Below, in pieces: positions 53,862 to 64,000 of a stretch of DNA of 64,000 nucleotides; the stretch's first letter is position 1; each line of letters begins with the position of its first letter. Both the position numbers and the translations under genes were made by a program. Origin of the DNA: Auanema rhodensis (taxonomy: Eukaryota; Animalia; Nematoda); contig OZ059897.1 of NCBI GenBank assembly GCA_964057225.1, positions 13,206,001 to 13,270,000 of the forward strand, read 5' to 3'. Under the pieces are notes generated by a model. It worked only from the letters and a program-made list of their open reading frames with translations, was not told the DNA's origin and did no database searches.

Positions 53862-56800
53862 TATATAAGTGTAATATTTGTCTTGTCTAGATGTATCAAA
53901 ATATCAAAATATTCAAGAAAATAAAATGAAGAAAGGGCAGTATCAAAGAAATGACTGAATTAAATTTATTATTTCTTTTTAAATATTTGAAAAAAAAATT
54001 AATGTTTTTATTGATAATAACAGTTTATCATATAAATATCTCATAAATAAAGGAAGTTATTATTCAGATGTTTTACATGATATTATCAGTTTTCAATTTT
54101 TTATTAGATACTTATATAGAATGAAGACCTTATATGCGTGGGTCACTCACTTAATTGTGAACACTATCAATACATTTTATTTTATATGAATATGACTTAT
54201 TGAATTAATTAGAGAATTAAAACTGTTTATATATAAAAGTTTAATATAAAATTGTAATAAAAAATAAATAAAATATATTAAACGATAAATGAATAAAAAT
54301 ACTTTTTTTTATAAAAAAATTACAAAGGAAAGACTTGACTGACTATGACTAGTCTAGACTTTGCTTGACACTCTTCATCTACTTCAACTAAGTAAATGAT
54401 ATATGTATACTTCTGAATTTACCGTCTCATTGAAAAAAGAAAAATAGTTTTAATCCGCTATGTAAACAAATTATTTATTTTTTGGAAAAGTTTTTTTATT
54501 TCAAGCAAACGCATGATACGGATTATATCTAAAACGTTTCAATAATTATAATTTCTTTTAAACCGTCGGAAAGTTTCTTTTTTTTTCTTCGAATTTTAGT
54601 GTTATATACTCAAATTTTATATAATTAAAATAAAATTTATGAAATGTCTTGAATAAGTTTAATAACTTACAATGATTAATTAAAACTTTCTTTTAATTAT
54701 TAAGATATTATTTTTGAAATATTTAATTAAATTATGTTGTACATACCTTGAAACCAATCTTCTATAGTTGGACCAATAGTAAAATTAGTTATAGCCATCA
54801 CGAATATATAATATATAAATCTAAATCTTAACAATTTGTCTCATATCGTACAAAAACGGAAAAAGGGAAGATATATTGTTTTATGATGTGTTATAAGCGC
54901 AAAAGAAGAAAGGTGTCGGAATAACACAGACACAAGTGTCAAAGTGATAGTCGTTTAGAACCCAATTCAAAAATCATTAAACTTGAGTGAAGACCAAGAA
55001 ATAAAGAAAAAGGAATAATACTGATTACAAGAACAGAACAGAGAATTATACCAATGTTCTCTCAAAGAAATAACTTTCCCCAGTAAAATTGAAAGTTTGA
55101 ATCATAGTATTTGAAAAAACGGAAATTACAGAATTTCCATTTGAGAATGGAAAATGATTAATCATTCGCAGATTTCTAGATAGGGACTTGTCCCTTCTTG
55201 GTAGTTCGAGCAGGGGCTATAGCGACCAGCCGTGGGGCTTGAAACAAAAAAATGAAGCTGCTTGACTGATAGAATTGATTGGAGATGGTTCCCGCCAATA
55301 TCCAAAAGCCCGCCTTACGCATGGTATTACCATATTCAAAAACTTTTGGGAGATTCCTAGATACAACATTTCTTCGAATGTTATAATTCATTTTCTAAAC
55401 TATGTAACGAAAATTTTCTTCCTAAGAAAAATTTATTATCTGGTTTAAGATTTTTTTGAAATTTATATCAAAATTGAGTTTTAATCTTGAGTTCAGAATA
55501 TCAAAAGCATGAAACAAATTGAAAAAAATCTTAAGTAAAAGAAGATTTTCTTAAAATCCGCGAAAAATGAACTTTAACAAAAAAAAAGAAGATTAAAATG
55601 CCATAGAAATCAGGTTGACAGGTATTGAATGTTGGCTCATATTAGAGCCAGCAGCCAGTGAAAGCTAGGCAAAAGGTCAACATAGAAAATGATTAATGTG
55701 CACAAACATATAACGTAAGTGAGAAAGAGAAAGGGAGAAGAAACAACGAGACTGCGAAAAAAAATCTGAGAGAATTTCAAATAAAACAGAATCGTAATGA
55801 GATATATAGAGAGAACACTTTTGAGAGCAAAAAGAATAAAAGAAACGAATGTGAGGGAAATAGAAAGTAAATGAAATATGAAGAGATAAGAGAAAGATAG
55901 AGAGAATGGAAAAAAGTGAGAGAAAGAGAGAATGAGGAAAAAGATTGTATAAGAGAAGGAGAGAAGATTAAATCTCTTATTATTTATTTAATTAAATTAA
56001 AAGTTGATGATTCACTGTGAGAGAACTGACAAAATTTGAATTAAGCTTGAGTATCTTTGTTAGCAAACGTTAAGATTTGAGTATTTTTTGTAATTTTAGG
56101 ATGATAAATAAAGATTTTAGCAATCTCGTGATTTAACATATCATAGCAGAGTTATAGTTGTCTGTTCACTATGTACTTCCTTAATCCACTTGAAGTTTCA
56201 TTTAACGAACCAACTTCATTCATCTATTTCAACTACATTCAAATCTCTAATAAAAGCATTATATTTCTAATTCTTTACATAGCATCTAACTCTTTCCGAC
56301 TGAAAACGGACTATTAAACAAACTATTTCATAGGCTTTTCAAGGGATAATCTACTTTGTCCGATGTAAGCGTTTGTACCAAATGTTCAGTTCCTTATTTG
56401 ATTTGATTATACATAAAATATCATTATACACATATTACTTAATAAATCTTATACAATAATAAATTATTAAAATTTTTTAAAAATTGCCTAAATAATCTTC
56501 AGTAATTTTAAATTTTGAAACTAGAAATACAGGCGAGAAGACAGGATGTCTGAGTTCAGTACACATGACAATATATATTATTAAATATAAATATTTTAAT
56601 TAATATATAAAGTATATAGATATATGTATATTTTCCACATTTTTGATGTTGATGTGTCATACAAATAGTTCTTTAAAAATCATTTTTTTTTTTTAAATTT
56701 AAAAAATAATATTGTCATTGATGTTCCATATTTAAACTTATTTAACCAACATATGCAATCAAACAAATAATGAAAACTGAATTTTTATGAATAAAGAATT

Positions 56801-57564
56801 TATGTGTATTCCATACTATAATGCTTGATATCATCACAAATATTGAAAAGAAATCTTTAGTCATATTCAGTTTTCAAAAAAAAAGTTTCTATTGTTGAAG
56901 TTAACCACAACTCGGCCATGTAAAGAAGTTGTAGTCTGGTTTATGTAGTTTGGAGCTTAGGGTTGTTGCTCTTCTGAATGGGATGAACATACAAACTTTC
57001 CATGTAACAAGTTATCAAAATCTTTCAACAGGTTATGTTTGTTATATTATATAGTTAATTATGCATTTTATAAAATTAATTATTTTACAACATGTTTTAT
57101 TCTTATTTCAAAAATATTTTATTCCCTAATAACTAAACTGAAATAATTTAATTTAAATAGAAAGATATGATTTTATTGCAGGATGACGCAGGATAAATAA
57201 TTATAACAATACACATATCTTTCAAGTACTTTCTTTGATTATATTTTCAAAATTGACCTTCATCATTTCCATTATATTAATGTTTATCAAGATTCTAATA
57301 TCTGTACTAAATTTGTAGTTAAGGTAAATCATTAATATAATAATATTTTTCATAAAATTTATGTTTTTAGTCTAAAAGAGTATTAAATTCACAATTTTTA
57401 GTGCTTGCATGACTTGTTCAGTCATGTATTATCTGAAAAAATTCCAAAAATCAAATAATTATATCAAAAAATTATATTAATATAGTAATTATCATACTTT
57501 ACCGTATGTAAAAACAAAGAAAATGTTTAAACACACCCAGTTTGCTGATTATAATGATCTTTGA

Positions 57565-58425
57565 AACAGTAGCCGACTATATGGAATGTGCCGAGAACAC
57601 GGTCTAAATTCTCGATTTATTCAGAATAATCCGAATGCATCACTGAAGCGGTTGATTCGAAAGATATTGGTACATTCTGTGTAGCTCTCGAAGATCACCT
57701 GGTGTAGGTAGCACACCTCCTGGTTTTGTTCGGTGCATTCCTAATTTCTGTGTGTCAAATATAGCGTGATACGAAGAAATAGTAAAGCCGATTCTGAGGC
57801 CTTTTTCGCACAGGGCAAGAGTATTGGCCAGCTTGTGGGTGAGTGCATCTAAGCTCATTCATAAGGTAGGTAGTTGGGTTTCATTCTACTGATACTTTTC
57901 ATGATCCGCGTTATTATCGGTTATTTTCTTAGTATTTGTGAAATTTGTAATAAGTATGCAAAAGCACATATGTGCTGTTTGATGCTGGAGAAGCTTCGGA
58001 GGTTGTTATTACTGGAACGTCGGGGCTTCAGAAGTTGTTATTACTGGAACGTCGTGGGCGTAATGAATTTACTAGACTTTGAGGATGCAATCATACTTGG
58101 TGGTTGATTCAGCACTAGAGTTACTTTTCACAAAACCTTGAACTCACCTGGAATGATCTGAAGTTTTGACGCTTCAAAATATGTTCCATTTGGCTCCGGG
58201 TCTTCTGGTGGGAACTTTTTATCCCTAATGATAGAAGGTCTGTTGTCGTGGTTCATCTGATCGAGGAGGTGTGTCTATGGAGCTATGGAGCAAATATGAA
58301 TGCTAGTACTACTATAGTATATAGCTACTGTCTTGTGAGATGAAATTGGGAAACCTGTTACATAGAGACTTGAGAAAACGCCTTCAAAGGTGCTTAGTTG
58401 GTGTCCGACGTTCATTGCACAATTC
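57565..58425 (-). mobile_element. GC-richer degenerate intronless coding fragment, probably retroelement or virus derived
   Basis: Abrupt rise in GC against very AT-rich flanks; broken minus-strand frames incl. 57640-57858; internal tandem duplication; no diagnostic domain seen. Confidence 0.3.
57993..58054. repeat. Two-copy tandem repeat, 32 bp period
   Basis: gcttcggaggttgttattactggaacgtcg-gg-gcttcagaagttgttattactggaacgtcg. Confidence 0.9.
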
Positions 58426-58783
58426 TGTATATTTAAAAATAAAAAATGAATAATTTCAAAAGAAATATACTTATTTAATTAAAAATTTTTTAAAACGAAA
58501 GCCAGGTTAAATGGATAAAAAATAAACCAAAATGATTAAATAGGAAAAAAACAAACCAACCCAGACGATATACAAATGTAAAAATATCTCAATTGCTAGT
58601 CTGATGTTTTTACATTTTTACTTCCAATTTTAAAAATGAAAGAAAGTCGAAGAAACAATCTCAGAAACTAAGAAGCATTTTTGCTAGTTTCTTCAAGAAT
58701 ATTTTGCATTTGTATACATAAATTTATTATTTTATTAATAATTTGTTTCTTTTAAGAAAAAAAACTAGTATTATAAGTATAAA

Positions 58784-60011
58784 ATGACATTAAAAGATTA
58801 TATATTGGTTTTAAACTGTTTTATACCAACAGCTGTTTTATGTATATTTTTATGTTCATACTGTATTATATATAAATCACCAAATACAATGTCTAGAATG
58901 TTTCGATGTTTTTTAATGATTCAATGTATTATGTAAGATAAGTTATAATCAATTTCATATTCTAAGCTTCTTTTTTTGGGAAATTTAGTTCATCTACTGT
59001 TACATTAGCATTATCATTAGGTATCAGAGGTATATTTCTCACACCATGTTTAGGAGGATATAGTACTGGATTATTCCGTCAATTTCTAACTGTTGAATAT
59101 CAAGTATTCTTAATGTTTTGTTTATTAAGTTGTAAGTTATTGACTAATTATATATTTATTATAAAGTTTTATAATTAATTTAAATTTTCTTCAAAGATAC
59201 TGCTGGACTTAACACTATACTATTCAATATTCGTCATGAAATGTTTCAATTACGATCAAGTCATTTTGGAACAACATTTATAGATTTTTTGAAGATTATA
59301 ATATGGTTTTCCGTATATTATTTAGTTCCAACTTTATCTTCTTCTTTCGTGAACCTTGAAAATATTAATTTAGCAAAATATGAATGTTTGGATGTTTGTA
59401 AATTTTTTATTTTACAATATAATAATTAAAATATTTTATAGATATATTCTGGTAATCCTGCCCTTGTTTTAAAGAGCGAAACATTTATATTTTCTTTAAA
59501 ATCATCTGGAAGAAGTGGCATTATATACTTATATCTTATGGGTTTTGTAATACTTATGTATAGTTTAACTATAATTATTTATGTATCTCTTACTAAATTA
59601 TCATTAAATTCATTAAAAACTAAAATGTCTCCAATATCATTTAAGAAACATGCTCATTTAATAAGAATTATATATACACAAGTTAATATATATTTTAAAT
59701 ATTTATTATACTTTTACATAATTTATAGGCTTTTCTACAAGTTTCAGGTGTTATATGTCCTGTAGCTGTCATCTTCTTAGTTCCTCTACTTAAATTATCC
59801 ATGACTGGAAGTACGGTTTTACAATTTTCTTCAAAACAAAAATTAAATTAAATATTTTGAATTTATAGATTTGCAGACATATAGCTTAGCTATAATTGCA
59901 TTTTCTGGTATTTCTGGTCCAATATATCTATTATACAGTGTTGTACCATATAGAGCAGCAATATTAGCATTGTTGAAGCTTAAAATGAAACATAATCATT
60001 TCTTTCACTAG
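58784..60011 (+). CDS. Nematode 7TM chemoreceptor, Str superfamily (Srh/Sri-like), 6 exons
   Basis: YCIIYKSPNTM, FLTPCLGGYSTGLF, FNIRHE, KMSPISFKKHAHLIRIIYTQ, YSVVPYRAAIL; continuous frame when the TTTAG acceptor at 58988 is used. Confidence 0.85.
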
Positions 60012-60487
60012 AAGAAGATGAAAAAACATTTACATATACTATATACAAAACCTTCAGTTAACTTGTTATTTCAAAAAAAAATAAATATTGAAATTCTTAT
60101 GTATGATTATCTTTTACTTTTTCTTCTTTTTCTTCTTTTGTTCTTTATTCATTATACAGATATACATAGATATACATACATACAAACATATCTGTAAGTC
60201 TCATTCTGTGATTTCTTTTTTCAAACAAAAATTGTATTTTCAGGTCATTAAAGACACAGAAATTGGAAATTATATGTGTGTATTAGGTAAGTATACGTCT
60301 GTTGTTTATTTGAGCAACTGAACGCATATTTTGTCTTTTACATCGTGTATTGAATTTTTTTGTTCAAAAAAAAATACATAAAGCTGAATAATTATAGTAA
60401 AAAATTGAAGAAGAACAAAGGTAATACTATGTGAATATAATATAAAAGACGGAGAAAAATTGAAATGTTACTTTAATTATAACAAAG

Positions 60488-61852
60488 ATGAAAGTAACAT
60501 TTATTTTTTCATTTTTATTAATTACTTATGCTGTAGCTGAAAGAGGTATGAGTTTATATATTTTTATTAATTTTATTATAATTAAAGGAACTGATGATAT
60601 TAGTAATCGAAGTGCAACTTTCATATGTTCTGCATGCCAAAAATTTGCTGGTTTTCTGAATAAACATTCAGAACCTATAAAAAAAGTTTGTAAAAAAGCT
60701 ATAATATATTTTTAATATATAAATATATATAAATATTAGGTTGCTAAATTACCTTGTGCTTTTCTAAGTGACAGAGAAAAATGTGATGGATCTGTACAAC
60801 TATTACTATCAGCTATTGATATTGGAGGAGAAAGAAATATGTGTAGTATGATGAAACTATGTGAATCTACTGAATTACCTAAGCTTGTACATAGATCTTA
60901 TTTTACTATTTCCATAACCTATTCTTTAAGATATCTAATGCATTGGATAGCTTTCTTAATGGATTGAATGGAGATTCTACATCGGAATCTGATAGTCCTA
61001 CTCCTCTTCACTCCTCCAGTGATTCCAAAGATTTAGATAGTAAGTAGTCATGAATCAGATTTAAAATAGTTTTAATCGAACAGAAGTTGCTCAATCTGCG
61101 GCTGAAACCCTAGGAGGAACAATCTCGGGTTTAGGAGCACTGACTAGCGAAGGAACTCAAAAGTTTGGACAAGCTTTCAGTAATATTCCAATCGCTGGAC
61201 CATTGGTCGAACAAACAGCCAAAACTGTTGGAAGTATAAAAGATAAATCATAACTTCTATTATACAAATATAATTTCAGAAACAGTAGAAAAGATTTCTC
61301 AAGGAGTTGATAGTTTTTTGAGTAAATTAGGTGGATTATTTGGATCAGTCGGCACGTTATTTATTAGTCGTTTATTCAAAAAATAGAAATATTAGAAATA
61401 ATTCGTAGTTTTTCTAAATTATAAATTTTTTATAACTTTCATAACCATATCTTTTATTTGTAGGAAAGAATGATGAATCAAAGAAAGAAAGCAGAGTATG
61501 ATTATCAATACAATAAGTAAATAATCACATAAACATTCTAGTTTCCATTTGGATTTCGGTTCAAACGTTCCGCCGATACTGAAAATGTTGAAGAAATAGA
61601 GAAGTTGATTGATGACATTGCTACAGAAATTGATTCAGATGTTACTCAAGTTTGTTCTCTAATTTTGCTTTAATATCAATTCAAATACTTTAGGCTGAAA
61701 ATATTCTTCTAAAAATAGTTGATGGTCTTAAAGAAGAATTTACAAATATGTTGGAAGAAAATGGTCAAGATTTGAAGAAAATAATTGGGAACAAAGACAC
61801 GAATATTAGTCAGCCAGAAGAAGAAGTAATGGATCATGTTGATATGATCTAA
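60488..61852 (+). CDS. Secreted saposin B-type (SAPLIP) protein with long C-terminal extension, ~9 exons
   Basis: Signal peptide MKVTFIFSFLLITYAVA; six Cys in saposin spacing (CSAC...LPC...EKC...NMC...KLC); then Ser-rich linker, Gly-rich amphipathic segment, RFKR, acidic tail; stop TAA 61850-61852. Confidence 0.75.
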
Positions 61853-63028
61853 CATTTGCAAGCTGGCTTCTAACTACTTCACTTAACTATTCGCTTAATC
61901 ATAACTTTTTTTAGCAAAGCAGCAACTTTTATTTTTTCTAATTGGTTAAGCATGCAATAACCAGAGAAATGAACGATGAAACGATAAACTTTATAAATTC
62001 TACAAGTTTTTCTTTTAAAATTGTCGATAACATCAACACTATCATTGTAATTTTTTTAATAAAATATCTCATATATGCTAACTATATTGTACTTACATAA
62101 CATTCTAAAAGGAAATTCAACATATTTGACATGAGATCAAACATTAAAACAACCAAATCTAATAGAAACTCGAAACCATGCACAAGGTGATACACATGGA
62201 GTATCAGAGGCTTGCACAGTAAGCAAGTATGAGCGTTTCGATCTTAAATTCGTCATAATAGTTTTTTTTCGAAAATATACAACATATTAAAATATAATTT
62301 TAATATTTTAGATATATTTCCAAGATTATAATAATATATTTAATATAATAGTTCTATTATATACATCATATGATGTATGTTTTATATTATTGTATATATT
62401 TTATTTTTATATAGTAATATACATATAAAGATAATTATTTAGTACTAATAATCTTGATCTGATTACAGTTAGTTCAATGATCGGTAAAATTATAATCATT
62501 GGTTTTACTTTAAAAAATAAATAATAATATTATCAATTGATTTGACATTGAGAGTAATGAATGATACAACCGTATTGCGTCAATGAACAGTCAAAATTGA
62601 TTAACATACAATAATTCTCGCGTCACATTTCACGTAATATGCTAATTTCTGAATATATACATACACATTATGGAATTTATGTTTTTATTTCTTCATGTAA
62701 CTATATTTTTTTATATTTAATTTTTTTCTTATCATATACTTCTAATACGTTTTTTATAATTTTGCTCCTCCCCTTCCCCCAGGACATGCAGATGGACAAC
62801 AACCCTAACCGGGAATAAGAGAAAAATGGGAGGGTATTGGAGTGATGCGAGAGGGCTGGCTGTGAGAATGGAAACTAGAGAAAGAGAAAGAGAGAGAGAG
62901 AGAGGCGACTCCGCCTTCAAAATAGCCGGAAGGGCAATAGATAGGCCGGTCTGTGCTTCATAGCTGCAGCGTCTTATCGCTGATTCTTCTGACGGTGTGT
63001 ATTGCCATTCGTATGTCATGAGTCCTAG

Positions 63029-63104
63029 ATGACTACTTCTAACTGTTTGATTTCATCTACTGCTTTACTATTACTCTTTTATTTATTTATAAATATCAAA
63101 AGTG
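63029..63104 (+). CDS. First exon (signal peptide) of a gene continuing beyond the window
   Basis: MTTSNCLISSTALLLLFYLFINIKS then G|GTGAG phase-1 donor; preceded by GC-richer, GA-repeat-containing promoter-like island 62765-63028. Confidence 0.5.
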
Positions 63105-64000
63105 GTGAGAATTTCATTTATTTTTTGATTTTAAACCATTTTATTTGTCTTTGTTTGACTATGCTTGAAAAAATGAAACTCATTCAGACTAAAAATGAAG
63201 AAAATGGAGAAAATAATTTTGAATATTTCATTTAATTTCAATTTTACATACTTTGAATAAACTTCATATATGTAGCGAAATTCTGGATTTTTTTCTATTT
63301 GAGAAAAGAAATGAAAATGGTCATTTGGCTAACGTCTTAATGGAATATATTCAGTTTCCCAGGTCTATATTTCTTTTATTGTCAGACCAGAAAAACGACG
63401 AAATTCCGATAAAAAATTTGTTTTTTTTTTCTATTTCTTCCTTAGTACCGTTTTCTTCAGTCCATCATGAATTTTTCACAAGGACACATTGAGAAAAATA
63501 AATAAAAATTACTTTTTTTCTTGGACAACTATATGAATTTCTTGAGCTTTATTTCAAATATATCCAGTCTGACATCATCTTATTCATACCATTTCTATGT
63601 ATTTCTTCTAGATGTATAAATACTTTTTCTTTTAATCGTATCCATATCGGATCGTTGGCCGGAAAAAACCGGTTTGCCCAGGAATTTTGGGTCCCAATTC
63701 TAATTATTTCTTTCTATTTTGACGCCCAATTAAGATAACTAAACGATGACACGCTCTTTGAACACTTTGCAATTATGTTTTCTCTTTGTTAGCATTTTTT
63801 TGAACAAAAATAAGAAAAAGATGGAAGAAGCCGTTTTCTCTTTGTTTTATAAAGAGTTTGGCTAACACATACAGAAAAATATAAAAGAAGAAAGCTAAAC
63901 AATGAACTTTTTTTTCGAAATTTTCGTCTTTTTAAATTACATCAAAGAGTTATAAAAATAATAATAATGAAAGAAATAAAAGCGAATTTAATCATTGACA

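Noticed and set aside
55176-55391. 71 aa minus ORF in a slightly GC-richer patch
   Set aside because: Isolated, no domain or splice support
57993-58054. 30 bp direct repeat as CRISPR-like
   Set aside because: Two copies, no spacer, eukaryotic context
58960-58990. Apparent premature stop in chemoreceptor exon 2
   Set aside because: Disappears when the TTTAG acceptor at 58988 is used; the gene looks intact

Overview
Eukaryotic, AT-rich DNA with many 40-60 nt GT-AG introns and TTTCAG-type acceptors; the gene content points to a rhabditid (clade V) nematode. Most of the ORF track is noise, so genes were rebuilt by splicing exons by eye. Left to right: 3' part of a COG4339-type HD-superfamily protein (+); mel-11/MYPT1 myosin phosphatase regulatory subunit (+, ~23 exons); a Pepsin-I3/Ov33-type aspartyl protease inhibitor (+); ~15 kb of gene-poor, motif-rich DNA with decayed coding remnants; a LURAP1/FAM89-like adaptor with a 6 kb intron (+); a neuromedin U/CAPA-type GPCR (-); a doubtful orphan/pseudogene; EFCAB7 with a canonical RFX/DAF-19 X-box (+); an OST-alpha family protein (-); a GC-richer decayed insert; an Str-superfamily (Srh/Sri-like) chemoreceptor (+); an extended secreted saposin-like protein (+); and the first exon of another secreted or membrane protein. 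Most notable: (1) mel-11 has two duplicated, alternative leucine-zipper last exons plus an apparent internal first exon that would give an M20/M21-like ~225 aa small subunit; (2) the saposin gene looks like a polyprotein (saposin + amphipathic helices + RFKR site + acidic tail); (3) a candidate MRCK adaptor lies 20 kb from the MRCK substrate MEL-11. No tRNA, rRNA, CRISPR or intact transposon was recognised. All family calls come from recalled motifs, not from database searches.
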